From assembly GCF_006345805.1 (NCBI RefSeq), contig NW_021836448.1, forward strand, positions 1 to 24,289: a stretch of 24,289 nucleotides of DNA. Reading direction: 5' to 3'. Shown here one piece after another: positions 1-11,867 of this stretch. Both the position numbers and the translations under genes were made by a program. Origin of the DNA: Octopus sinensis. Lineage: Eukaryota. Position 1 is the first letter of the stretch. Every line of letters starts with the position of its first letter. The notes below the pieces were generated by a model, which was given only the letters and a program-made list of their open reading frames with translations, ran no database searches and was not told the DNA's origin.

Positions 1-39
1 CACTAGCATCATCGACATCACCAATCACCAGTACAACCA

Positions 40-160
40 TAACCCCTACCACCACCAGCACCACCAGCACCACCAGCACCAGCAACACCGCCACCATCAC
101 CACCACCACCACCACCACCACCACCACCACCACCACTACCACCAGCAACAACAACAAAAA
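40..160. repeat. (CAC/CAG)n trinucleotide tract grading into (CAA)n
   Basis: Read directly: accaccagcaccaccagc...caccaccacc...caacaacaac. Confidence 0.95.
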
Positions 161-379
161 CACGATCAAACAATTGTTCTTAAAACACACACACACCACA
201 AACTCCCCCGCCGCCACACAATGTTGGCACCAGTTCTGTGGTTCTGCGACTCTCCAACACTAAAGAAATATTTCTGAAGTTTATCCAAAACAATCAACAT
301 AAATTTCCACTGAAACAGAAAAAACAAGAATTTTCCAAACTTATAAATACAAATTGGAATGCATCGTATTTTCCATGGC

Positions 380-439
380 TATTTATTATTATTATCATTA
401 TTATTATTATTATTATTATCATCATCATTATTATTATTA

Positions 440-484
<45 letters not shown>

Positions 485-658
485 CTACTACTACTAATAC
501 TACTACACTACTACTACTATTATTATATTATTATTATTATTATTATTATGATTGTTACCATTATTGTTGGTATATTATTAGATATTATTATGATTATTGT
601 TACCATTATTGTTATTATTATTATTATATTATTATTATATTTTATTGTTACCATATTG

Positions 659-696
<38 letters not shown>

Positions 697-787
697 TATT
701 ATTATTATTATTGTTACCATTATTGTTGTTATTATTATTATTATTATTATTGTTACCATTATTGTTGTTATTATTATTATTATTATT
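380..787. repeat. (TAT)n microsatellite with recurring attgttaccattattgtt variant units
   Basis: Read directly. It accounts for the poly-I/L/Y ORFs at 238-900. Confidence 0.97.
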
Positions 788-1051
788 TGTCTCTTTGCTT
801 CCATCTTTGTATTGCTTTGATTTTGAATTTTTAAAAACTTTTGGTTTTGTTTCCTGATTTTGTTTTGGTTTGTTTTTTTAAAAATTTTCTTCCTTTTCAT
901 TTTCCGCTAATTAATTTGTCTTTCACCGAGATCGGAATTTCTTTTTAATAATTTTTTTTTGCCTTAATTTTTTTTTCGTTTTTAATATAGTAAGATACAC
1001 ACACACACACACACACTCATTTATTTATCTAGCTATCTATATATGTAAAAT

Positions 1052-1088
<37 letters not shown>

Positions 1089-1219
1089 ATATATATATAC
1101 ATCCGTAAAAGTGATAACAACCTTTACTGTTTAGTACTGTTACTATCTGATCTCTTTCAGAGATTTAAAACCAGCTACTATTATACTGTATATTATATAC
1201 ATATATATATTATATATAG

Positions 1220-1265
<46 letters not shown>

Positions 1266-1305
1266 GTGTGTGTGTGTGTATGTGTCTGTGTGTGTGTGTG
1301 TGTGT

Positions 1306-1950
<645 letters not shown>

Positions 1951-2065
1951 TATTTATTTATTTATTTAAAGTACAATTATAACAATACACATACATGTAT
2001 ATAACATATTATGCTTTACATATATAATATATAAAATATAAAAATATCAGTAATTATTAAAATTG

Positions 2066-2752
2066 CGCTCGCTCGCACTTATACACACACATAAACGCAC
2101 GCACACACAGACGCACGCTCACACACACTTACACACACACACACTTACACACACACACACACGCTTATACACACACACACTTACACACACACACACTTAC
2201 ACACACACACACACGCTTATACACACACACACTTACACACACACACACTTACACACACACACACACGCTTATACACACACACACTTACACACACACACAC
2301 TTAGACACACCCACCACACGCTTATACACACACACACTTACACACACACACACTTAGACACACACACACACGCTTATACACACACACACTTACACACACA
2401 CACACTTACACACACACACACACGCTTATACACACACACACTTACACACACACACACTTAGACACACACACACACGCTTATACACACACACTTACACACA
2501 CTTACATACGCATACACGCTCACATACACTCACACACACATGCACACACACACTCTCTCTCTCGGTGTAAGTGAGTGTATAAGTGTGCGTGAGCGCTTGT
2601 GTTTGTGTGCTTAAGTGAGTGTGTGTGTATAAGTGTGTGTGTGAGCGTTTGTGTGTGTAAATGTGTGTAAGCGTGTGCGTTTGCGTGTGTGTGTGTGTGT
2701 AAGTGCGAACGACCGAGAGAACATGCATACATGTCTCTCTCTCTATATATAT

Positions 2753-2785
<33 letters not shown>
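2066..2785. repeat. Cryptic (CA)n minisatellite (units acacacacactt / acgcttatacacacacac) followed by an oppositely oriented TG-rich block of the same unit type
   Basis: 2081-2550 carries cactta(t)acac units; 2565-2708 carries the reverse complement gtgt(a)taagtg. Confidence 0.85.
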
Positions 2786-2786
<1 letters not shown>

Positions 2787-2896
2787 ACTGCTGTGCAACA
2801 CTTCCAGAATATACTAAACCTAGTGTATTCACGCAAACAGAACTATACATGTTAACATTTATATTCAAATACGTTTTGTATACATATACTCACATT

Positions 2897-2906
2897 TATA
2901 TGTATA

Positions 2907-2942
<36 letters not shown>

Positions 2943-3046
2943 TGTATGTATATATGCATGTATGCATGTATGTATGTATGTATATATGTATGTATGTATA
3001 TGTATGTATATATGTATATATATGTATATGTATATATGTATATGTA

Positions 3047-3078
<32 letters not shown>

Positions 3079-3083
3079 CATAC

Positions 3084-3130
<47 letters not shown>

Positions 3131-3190
3131 TACACATATATATAAGTGTGTGAGTGAGTGTGCGTGTATGTGTGTGTGTGTGCATATGCA
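2897..3190. repeat. (TATG)n/(TA)n/(TG)n compound microsatellite
   Basis: Read directly. Confidence 0.95.
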
Positions 3191-3766
3191 TTGCTATATG
3201 CGTATATTTGCAGTTGTTTTAATGTACACAGATTCATGGTGTACGATTCGTGTAGGAATATATATTCAGATAAACATGTATATGTGTGAGTGTGAGTGTA
3301 TGTGTGTGAGCGTGGATGTGTGAGTGTGGATGTGTGAATGTGTGTGTTATACGCATGTGTCGAGTGACCTTCACTCTCATGTATTCGCAATACAGGAAGC
3401 CAGTTCGGGCGCTTGCTGCATTTGGTTACTCTGAGCTACGTTTCCTTTTCGCGTCGCTATGGAACATAGATTTACACCTAATTTGTTTCGTATGGAATTT
3501 TGTGTGAAAATATTCCAAGAAGAAGAAGAAGAAGAAGAAGAAAGAAATATAGAAAAGAAAAGCAATGATTAGGTATCAGAAAAAGTTCTGTTGAATCTAC
3601 GCCATTCGTAGTTTGGTGAGGAGCTATTTTCTGATGGCGTTCTCACTTGTTTAACGCCATTATTTCTATTATGAAAAGGCAGGCTAGATAAGAATGAAAA
3701 CGCGTCGGCAGAAAGGCGCTTTTGTATTTCACTGTATCCGCTTGGTAGGGGTATAATACAGTATGT

Positions 3767-3768
<2 letters not shown>

Positions 3769-3798
<30 letters not shown>

Positions 3799-3837
3799 CA
3801 TACATACATACATACATACATTTATAAAGCCCTATCC

Positions 3838-3933
<96 letters not shown>

Positions 3934-3936
3934 GTC
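3769..3936. repeat. (TACA)n followed by (TATC)n
   Basis: Read directly. Confidence 0.97.
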
Positions 3937-3940
3937 TATT

Positions 3941-4588
3941 CATGGAGGTACCCAAAAGAAGTCGGAATTTTGCAATATTATTTTATTCACTTAGTTTTAC
4001 AATGTTTACACTTTTACCGCCTTCAAAGTATTCTCCAGTTGAAGCGAGGTAATCGTCCAGGCGCGTTTTCCGCTGTCGGAAGCAGTGCTGGAACTCTTGC
4101 GAAATGATGCCTTTTAATACCTCCGTTATTTTTTTCTTCATCGCCTCCACATCTGCAAATTCCGTAGCACCAGCTTCCGTCACCAGTGATGACCTTCAGA
4201 AAAAAAGGCCGGATCAACTTACAGCTGTTCTTTCAGATCACGCATTCAGTCATGACTGCTTTTGACCATCCGTGAGCAAACGAGATACAAATTTTACTGC
4301 AATTCTTTTCATTCGCAATTCCTCGCTCAAAATTCTTTGGAAGGAACACCAGGACACACCAGTCATGTCAACAAGTTCGTCAATTGTTCGGTGACGGTCC
4401 TCTAAGTTCAGTTTATAAATTTTCGTGTTGTTTTCATTCGTTTGGAAGGTCGACCGTCCCCCTAAACGAGGTTAGTTTTCAAGCGACAATTGACTATTCC
4501 TAAAGCGTGAAAATCACTCGTAAACTTGTGTTTTGCTCTTGTTAGCGTCCTTAAAAGCTGTTTGAAATGTGACAGCTGTTTCGGCCGC
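3941..4588 (-). mobile_element. Defective mariner (DD34D-type) transposon: HTH region, first catalytic Asp motif, internal deletion, C-terminus and 3' TIR; 5' end missing
   Basis: Manual minus-strand translation gives AAETAVTFQTAFKDANKSKTQVYE*FSRFRNSQLSLEN*PRLGGRST...EDRHRTIDELVDMTGVSWCSFQRILSEELRMKRI, then DPAFFLKVITGDGSWCYG (ITGDESW motif). This is joined at ~4160 to FADVEAMKKKITEVLKGIISQEFQHCFRQRKTRLDDYLASTGEYFEG. TIR-like end catggaggtacccaaaagaagtcggaatt at 3941-3969. Confidence 0.92.
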
Positions 4589-5247
4589 CTTGTATAAGTT
4601 AATGAATGCTGCCATAATCCTTGCCTTCAGTTCATCTTTGGTGTTACAAGGAGTTTTGTTGGTCTCTCACTCAACTGCGCCCCGCACAAAATAATAAAGG
4701 GGGTTGCAGTCTGGGGAGTTAGGTGGCCAGATGTTAGGAGTTATGTGGTCACAGAAATTGTCTGACACACATGACTGGGTTCTCCTGCTTGTGTGACAGT
4801 GCAGTGTGCTATTGCCAGATATAGGGTCCTCCAAAAGACACCCTCTTGACCCAAGACAGCACTATCTCCTCAGGCACTTTGGTGTAGGCCTCCGTGTTGA
4901 GCCTGAGTCCGTACGAAAAGATGAATGGAGGCATAACGTCGACATCGCTAGTGATCACTCCAAACACCAAGATATCAACGGGATGTTTGATTTTTATCAC
5001 TCTCGGTACATGTCCTAAGATTTACACCCAAACACTCTGAAATATTTCTATTGGAGCTTCCGGCGCAAATGACAAACAGAACAGCATGTCGTTTTTAAAA
5101 TTTGTGGTAGAGTGAATTGTATAATGGTACTGTTTTTCTCACAGATGGTGCCCAACTGACCCTACTATACTGAGTAGTCGACAAAATCAAAAGCAAACAA
5201 AGCGAATTCGCGAATTAAAAAATATAACACGGTGACAGTTTACCCTG
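4589..5247 (-). mobile_element. Defective maT/DD37D-type Tc1/mariner transposon: 5' end, internal deletion at ~5010, degenerate catalytic region; 3' end missing
   Basis: Translation RHAVLFVICAGSSNRNISECLGVNLRT is joined to KIKHPVDILVFGVITSDVDVMPPFIFSYGLRLNTEAYTKVPEEIVLSWVKRVSFGGPYIWQ*...CHTSRRTQSCVSDNFCDHITPNIWPPNSPDCNPLYYFVRGAVE*ETNKTPCNTKDELKARIMAAFINL. After restoring a frameshift, the spacing from the QQD position to the SPDCNPLD position is 37 residues. A TIR remnant (gggtaaactgtcacc on the minus strand) lies at 5232-5246. Confidence 0.9.
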
Positions 5248-5299
5248 AATATGATATGAATATGAAGTAAGAAAAAAAAAGGGAGAACGATGATTTTTG

Positions 5300-5352
5300 T
5301 ATATACGTATATATATACACATACAAATACGTATATATATAATATATATATG

Positions 5353-5383
<31 letters not shown>

Positions 5384-5517
5384 ATATATATATTTATATA
5401 TATATATATTATGTGTTTGTGTGTGTGTTGTGTGTGTGTTGTGTGTAGGTGTATACATGTGTATATACATGTATGCACGTATATATGTACATATATGTAT
5501 ATATATATACATGCATG

Positions 5518-5549
<32 letters not shown>

Positions 5550-5654
5550 CGTATATATTTATTATATATATATGTATGTATGTATGCATGTATATATATA
5601 TATGTATGTATATATATAATATATATATATATAAATCTATCTATCTACGCACAC

Positions 5655-5714
<60 letters not shown>

Positions 5715-5725
5715 GTGTGTGTATA
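5300..5725. repeat. (TA)n/(TG)n/(CA)n compound microsatellite
   Basis: Read directly. Confidence 0.95.
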
Positions 5726-6004
5726 TGTTCTTCTGTATAGATTTCTGTTTTAGGTGGAATCAAGAATCAACTGCAAACTTGGCAATTAATATAACGAGTG
5801 ACAATGCTCCATCTCATTTGTAGCTGTCAGAATATCTGCTCGTACGTAGGTAGGCATATCCATTGTGTCGCATGGAAGCACATTAACATGGTGCCTTATG
5901 AACAGACGTGAAAGCTACTACACACAATTCCTTTATTCGACAAGGAAATAATTATGAAGTTCTGACACACGTCAGTCTTACGGTATTGTTAAAGGAATGT
6001 CTTG

Positions 6005-6185
6005 ATAGGTGCAAGCATGGCTATGTGGTTAAGGAGCTTGTGGTTTCATCTTGAAGGATTTAGTCAAACAGATCGATTCTAGCACTTATAGTTATTAGTC
6101 TGCTAGATAATCGATTCTGTATTGACGAACCGCTAAAGGTAGGGAGGCGTAAACGATTCGACATCTCTGTTGTAAAGCTGCATGG
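6005..6185. mobile_element. Degraded SINE pieces (short + strand head, then a - strand body/tail)
   Basis: ggtgcaagcatggctatgtggttaaggagcttg resembles the head at 13596. gacgaaccgctaaaggtagggaggcgtaaac resembles gtcgaaccgctaagtgacggggacgtaaac at 23477-23506. Confidence 0.6.
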
Positions 6186-6219
6186 AGTCAAACTCGAAGC
6201 CATACACAACCATACGTAC

Positions 6220-6283
6220 ATATGTATGCATGTATGTATGTATGTATGTATGTATGTATGTATTATGTATGTATGTATGTATG

Positions 6284-6317
<34 letters not shown>

Positions 6318-6645
6318 TGTATGTATGTGCGTATGTATCTATGTATGTATGTATGTATGTATGTATGTTTGTTTGTATGTATGTATGTATGTATGTATGT
6401 ATGTATGTATGAATTTATGTATGCATGTATGTATGTGCGTATGTATTTATGTATGTATGTATGTATGTATTTATGTATTTATGTATGTATGTATGAATGT
6501 ATGTGTGTATGTATTTATGTATGTATGTATTTATGTATATATGTATACGTATATAGATATATTATATATATCAATACAGCATATAACACACACACACACA
6601 CACGTACACACACACATACACACATACATACACACACACACATAT
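6220..6645. repeat. (TATG)n then (CA)n microsatellite
   Basis: Read directly. Confidence 0.97.
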
Positions 6646-7109
6646 ATGGTGGTTGTCTACTCATGCAGAGTTTGACCACCTTCTGTGCCTACATCTTAAA
6701 ACCATCATGGCACCTGATGTGGCTTTTTAACTCAGGCAATGTTCTTAATGGACACCCACATAGATTGCATATCCGATTTTGACCACCAAGAGCTACAAAT
6801 AAGTTCTAATTTTTAATATAATATAATATAATGCACACATACACGTATGATGGAGACTCCCGTCGATTTCGACGTATGAGGGTCCAATAACGTACCATTT
6901 TTTGTCAGTCATAATGCTTATGTTGAATGTGATATTTAAGCCCCGCCAACAATTTGCAAAGAAGGCCACAAATGTTTTAAGTTTGGGGATTATAAGGTCA
7001 GTGTAGATGGTATATTTGCCGGCGATTTTCTTCTTTGCTTTACACCCCGAATCCTGGTAATGCTGGTTGCAACAAAGTTGTTAATACTATTTTGACACAA
7101 CGATCGCAA

Positions 7110-7455
7110 TTTGACCACTTAACCCCCTCCCCAGACTGCAAACCCCTAGATTATCATGTGTGGGGCGCAGTTGAGCGAGAGACCAACGAAACGCTTTGTA
7201 ACACCAAAGATAAACTGAAGGCCAGGATTTTGGCATTTACCAACTTAAACAAGGAGACCACCCAGAAGAATTACTGGAGATTCCGATGTTGTCTGGAGGC
7301 CGTAGTTGAAGCCAATGGCGATTTCATTGAATAAATCTACTCTTTAGTAATTCAAGATATTTTTAATACAATTTTTGAAAATATATCTGTTAAAATGAGA
7401 TGGCCATATTATTTTTATATTAGTTTAGACGACAATATATTCACCGCACTCTCTA
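7110..7455 (+). mobile_element. maT/DD37D transposon 3' fragment with 3' TIR and terminal TA
   Basis: SPDCKPLDYHVWGAVERETNETLCNTKDKLKARILAFTNLNKETTQKNYWRFRCCLEAVVEANGDFIE* (stop at 7332-7334), clearly homologous to 4595-4730 in the opposite orientation. It ends gacgacaatatattcaccgcactctc-TA, running into (TACA)n. Confidence 0.92.
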
Positions 7456-7457
7456 CA

Positions 7458-7488
<31 letters not shown>

Positions 7489-7547
7489 GTATATATATGT
7501 ATATATATATATCTTTGTATGTATGTATATGTATGTATATATGTATA

Positions 7548-7578
<31 letters not shown>

Positions 7579-7603
7579 TTTATGTATGTATATACATATG
7601 CAG

Positions 7604-7718
7604 TGTGCTTCCGTACAGTTTTCGTCTACAAAATCCACTCATAAAGCATTATCTGTCTTTGGACTATAGTAGAAGACAATTGCACAAGGTGTGCCGCGCA
7701 ATGGAACTGAACCCACTT
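7604..7718 (-). mobile_element. SINE head fragment (family of 13596-14015)
   Basis: acagttttcgtctacaaaatccactcataaagc...ctatagtagaagacaattgcacaaggtg...ggaactgaacc is the reverse complement of 13645-13740. Confidence 0.8.
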
Positions 7719-7800
7719 CTATGTAAAAGATTAAGTATATATACGGTGTGTGTGTGGTGTGTGTGTGTGTGTGTGTGTGCGTGTGTGCGTGTATGTGTGT

Positions 7801-7863
<63 letters not shown>

Positions 7864-8159
7864 TGTAAAGTTATTAGAGCGACCTCTGCAGTATCAGATT
7901 GCTCTGTCGTCAGACGTATGACATTTCAGAAGAGCAAGTCTATATTCCTCATTACCAAATAGTAAACTTCTGCGTAATAGAAGCAAGAAAAAGGTCGTAA
8001 CCCCGATAGCTAGGTCCTTCCAGCTGCTTGCTGCCCTCCATGATTGCACGACGCACTTATTTGCGAGCGGCGTTTGTTTGTTTTAGCTGCACAATCTACA
8101 CAAATCGTTGCAGATTAAAAAGGATCAGAGCCTATCTGTCTAGCTCAATTCTGATCCAA

Positions 8160-8252
8160 CCATCCATCCATCCATCAATCCATGCATGCATGCATGCATC
8201 CATGCATTCATACATCCAAGAATCCATCCATCCATCCATCCATCCATCCATC

Positions 8253-8319
<67 letters not shown>

Positions 8320-8328
8320 CATCCATCC

Positions 8329-8393
<65 letters not shown>

Positions 8394-8530
8394 GCTGCCA
8401 AAATGCCAGCCTGTCTGTCTGTCTATTTTCTCTACCTATCTGTCTATCTATCTACCTGTCAGTCTGTCTGTCTATATATTTATGTATCTCTTTGCCTGTC
8501 TGTCTGTCTAACCTTTTGCCTGTTTGTCTG
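8160..8530. repeat. (CATC)n/(TATC)n/(TGTC)n microsatellite
   Basis: Read directly. Confidence 0.95.
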
Positions 8531-8545
8531 ATTGTCTTTGTGTTC

Positions 8546-8765
8546 GTTGGCAGAATCATTAGAGCATCGGTTAAAGTACCTTCTGGAATTTTATCCAACT
8601 CTCTGCTCACCGAGTTCAAACCCCATTTAAGTCAGCTCTGCTTTATATACTTTCGAAGTTTACAAATAACCCATTAATAAAGGTGAATTAGCAGAATTTA
8701 GGAACCTTGGATGAGATGTCTCAAGGCATCACCTTCGACTATGAGTGTTCTAAGATCAAATCATG
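8546..8765 (+). mobile_element. Two tandem degraded SINE heads (family of 21770-21962)
   Basis: ttggcagaatcattagagcatcgg...gagttcaaacccc and ggtgaattagcagaatttagg...ttctaagatcaaat resemble ggtgagctggcagaatcggtagcacgccg...gagttcgaatttcgcc. Confidence 0.6.
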
Positions 8766-9249
8766 CATTGTGTGGTATAAATGCAGAAAAGCAGATCCGT
8801 TGATCTCCATTAATCCAAACGGTGATAGTCTTGGGATTCTCACAAGGATATCAAGGTGTAACTGTGTTTTACCTTAACAGTTATACAGTTAATTATGTTG
8901 AATGGCCATGCCCACAGATTCCTGTAGAGCATACCCTGAAGGGCCCAGGTTGGGCGGTTTTTAACTGATCATTTCCAGTTTCTACATGATTTAATGATTA
9001 CCAGTTACAGGTTTCCGCCTGTGTGTAGTGGAATTAGTCCTGACTAGATAATAACTGTGGCCAGGAACATCCACGCTAGTTCACCTTGATTATTGACAAG
9101 CTGGTTATCTCCAAAGCAAAAGGTGTGCTGTCTAAAAATTAGAAACACCTTCACTTCATCAACAAAACGTTTAGAGATATTATTCTTGCATTTATGGAAA
9201 GCAAGAAAGAAATTCAAGAAAAAATCCTTTTGTGAAAAATATATATTTT

Positions 9250-9780
9250 GGCTTCAAATTTTGGCATAAGGCCAGCAATTTTGGGAGAGGGGGACGTGGA
9301 TTACATCGGCACCCTACCAAGGACTCAACTGGCACTTATTTTATCGACCCGTAATGATGGATGCGCATGGATCAGTGGTTAGAGCGTCGAGCTTACGATC
9401 GTGAGGTTGTGAGATCGAATCCCGGATTTGGCTGCGTGTTGTGCTCTTGGGAAAGACACTTTATTTCACGTTGCACCAATGAGTTGCGACGTCACAGGTG
9501 CCAAGCTGTATTGGCCCCTTTGCTTTCCCTTGGATAACACTAGTGGTGTGGAGAGGTGAGGCTGGTATGCATGGACGACTGCTGGTCTTCCATAAACAAC
9601 CTTGCCCGGACTTGTGCCTAGGAAGGTTACTTTTTAGGTGCAATCCCATGGCCAGTCATGACCAAAGGGGGTCTCAAAAAAGATGAATGGCAAAAGTCGA
9701 AATCGCCAGAATTTGAACGCACAGAAAGGCCGAAATGCATTTCCCCCGGCTTGCTAACGATTCTGCCAGCTCGCCACCTT
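9250..9780 (-). mobile_element. tRNA-derived SINE (Meta-domain-like), interrupted by the SINE at 9359-9675
   Basis: 9298-9359 (gattacatcggc...ctcaactggcacttattttatcgaccc) plus 9676-9780 (gatgaatggcaaaagtcga...gattctgccagctcgccacc) together match the uninterrupted copy at 21800-21960. Confidence 0.85.
9359..9675 (+). mobile_element. Near full-length tRNA-derived SINE
   Basis: A-box tggatcagtgg and B-box-like gagatcgaatccc, then gtgttgtgctcttgggaaagacactttatttcac, which is shared with 19210-19235 and 19630-19662. It has its own distinct 3' tail. Confidence 0.85.
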
Positions 9781-10394
9781 TTTAAGGATATGTGTATTGA
9801 TTCACAATTTGTTGAATGGTGATAATGCATTAGTAGCTGGTACATGCTGGTCGCCACACCACCACTAACTGTGGAAGGTATATACCATCTTCTTCTGAGA
9901 AACGTCCCTTAATTCGCATCAAGCTACAGATGATCTATTCTTCAAATGTTTGGCATCCAAATAATATTTACCATCAAGAAAATCGGGTCTCATTACCGTT
10001 TTTTTCCACACTCTAGAAAACATTCAGACTTATACAAATTTATCTCAGAATGCACTAGAATGAACTGGCAGTAGCAACGCATTTTTCCAAACTCTTTCAT
10101 TATTTACTTTTTTCTATTTGAAAACGGGAATCTTTCCCGAAATATTATAGAATCAGTATACAAGCTATGTAAAGAAATACAATATATTTTCTATTTGCTT
10201 TAGTTTATTAACATCACTATACATACATTGTCTAATATCCCAGCCACATTGCTCTAACAATAATATCATATACAATTTTATCTCTTTCTGAACGGTTCGA
10301 TTTTATCGGTGAATGCGCTACACTCTACACAGTAGGTTTCTTTATTAATCTATTAAGCCTTATTAACCTATCATTAGATCCGAAAATTTTGATG

Positions 10395-10635
10395 CCTATA
10401 TGCTTAGTTAGATTGGAAGAAGTACTTTGAATCTCTACTCGACATCGTTGTCACAAGATCGCCGAATGGTTAGCCACTTCATTAGAGCCTCATTATGCTG
10501 TATACCACCTGTAACTTTACGCTTCCTAGCACCAACGGCTAATGATGTAGAATTTACAGTGACCGTGTCAAGTAGCGGACGAACCACTACTTCAATAATA
10601 TCAAGGTATTCTGACAAATATTCGAGGACCATTTA
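10395..10635 (-). mobile_element. Highly degraded RTE-like LINE reverse-transcriptase fragment
   Basis: IIEVV-(frameshift)-RYL and, downstream, *RFKVLLPI*L recall the RTE segment LEVVDSFRYLGD...WxKFRELLPLL. Pattern recognition only. Confidence 0.4.
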
Positions 10636-11154
10636 CCGATAGATGAAGGATTATTTCTCGAAAAGTTTATTTTCTTTCTCCTCTCCTCTCTCCCTTTGTA
10701 AATATAAACACACACACATACACATACACACACACGCGCACACACACATATACATATATCTATATGTCTGTATATACAAACATACGTACATATATGTATG
10801 TATATGCATGGATATATCGTTCCATAATGATATATATATATATATCAACATGGAGCAAATAATTCACGAAAAAATAATTTGCGAAGGTACCATTGATCCT
10901 GCTATTACCTAGCGTTACAATTTAAAAATGATAATAACATGATCAATAATATAGGTGATTGCAGGTCCCCAAAAAGCATTGTGTGTATATATATATTTGT
11001 ATATGTACTATATATTTCACCCTTTTGTGCATATGTTTGCATATATACGGTTATCAATTTGTGTTGCAAGGTTCTTGATCTGAAATCGTGTGTTAAAATC
11101 GATATATTTCGGGATGGCAAACAACAATAACCATCCCGAAATACAACAATATGC

Positions 11155-11166
11155 ATGTGTGTGTGT

Positions 11167-11257
<91 letters not shown>
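11155..11257. repeat. (TG)n, about 50 units
   Basis: Read directly. Confidence 0.98.
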
Positions 11258-11260
<3 letters not shown>

Positions 11261-11391
11261 CAACAGTCCAACATCCTGCCAAACAGCCTCCTGGATTTGC
11301 GAGGTGTAGGTGTGAAGACCTTCAAAAAAGCCTCTGGAGAAATTTCGATCTGAAATCTCAGATGAATCCAGATCGCGGCAGGAGGCTCAAA

Positions 11392-11392
<1 letters not shown>
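11258..11392 (+). mobile_element. CR1/Jockey-group LINE ORF2 C-terminal remnant
   Basis: QQSNILPNSLLDLRGVGVKTFKK-(frameshift)-LEKFRSEISDESRSRQEAQ matches the typical pattern FNxLPxxLRxxxxxxxxxFKxxLDxFLxxxPDEP. Confidence 0.65.
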
Positions 11393-11710
<318 letters not shown>

Positions 11711-11820
11711 AATTAAATACATGACCGAAAGATCTACAAATTGTTTCATGCTGTTATGATACATGCGCAGGCATATTCATAAAATACTCCATATATCTTA
11801 AAGCAATCTTTCAGGCTCTG

Positions 11821-11855
<35 letters not shown>

Positions 11856-11867
11856 TGACTATATATA

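Noticed and set aside
238-900. Long ORFs of poly-I/L/Y/N, and all similar HT/YI/VC/YLSI ORFs across the window
   Set aside because: They are translations of microsatellites that lack stop codons in some frames; there is no coding signature.
8864-8955. Possible exon (ttttaccttaacAG...cccag/GTtggg, YTVNYVEWPCPQIPVEHTLKGP)
   Set aside because: Weak donor, no recognisable homology, no partner exons, and the 3' part looks repeat-derived.
9359-9435. tRNA genes at SINE heads (also 13596, 19132, 21890-21960)
   Set aside because: A/B boxes are present, but there is no complete cloverleaf and each continues into a SINE body.
10435-10632. 65-aa ATG-initiated ORF with RKRK as a small host gene
   Set aside because: Short, no recognisable domain, and the flanking residues fit a decayed RTE reverse transcriptase better.
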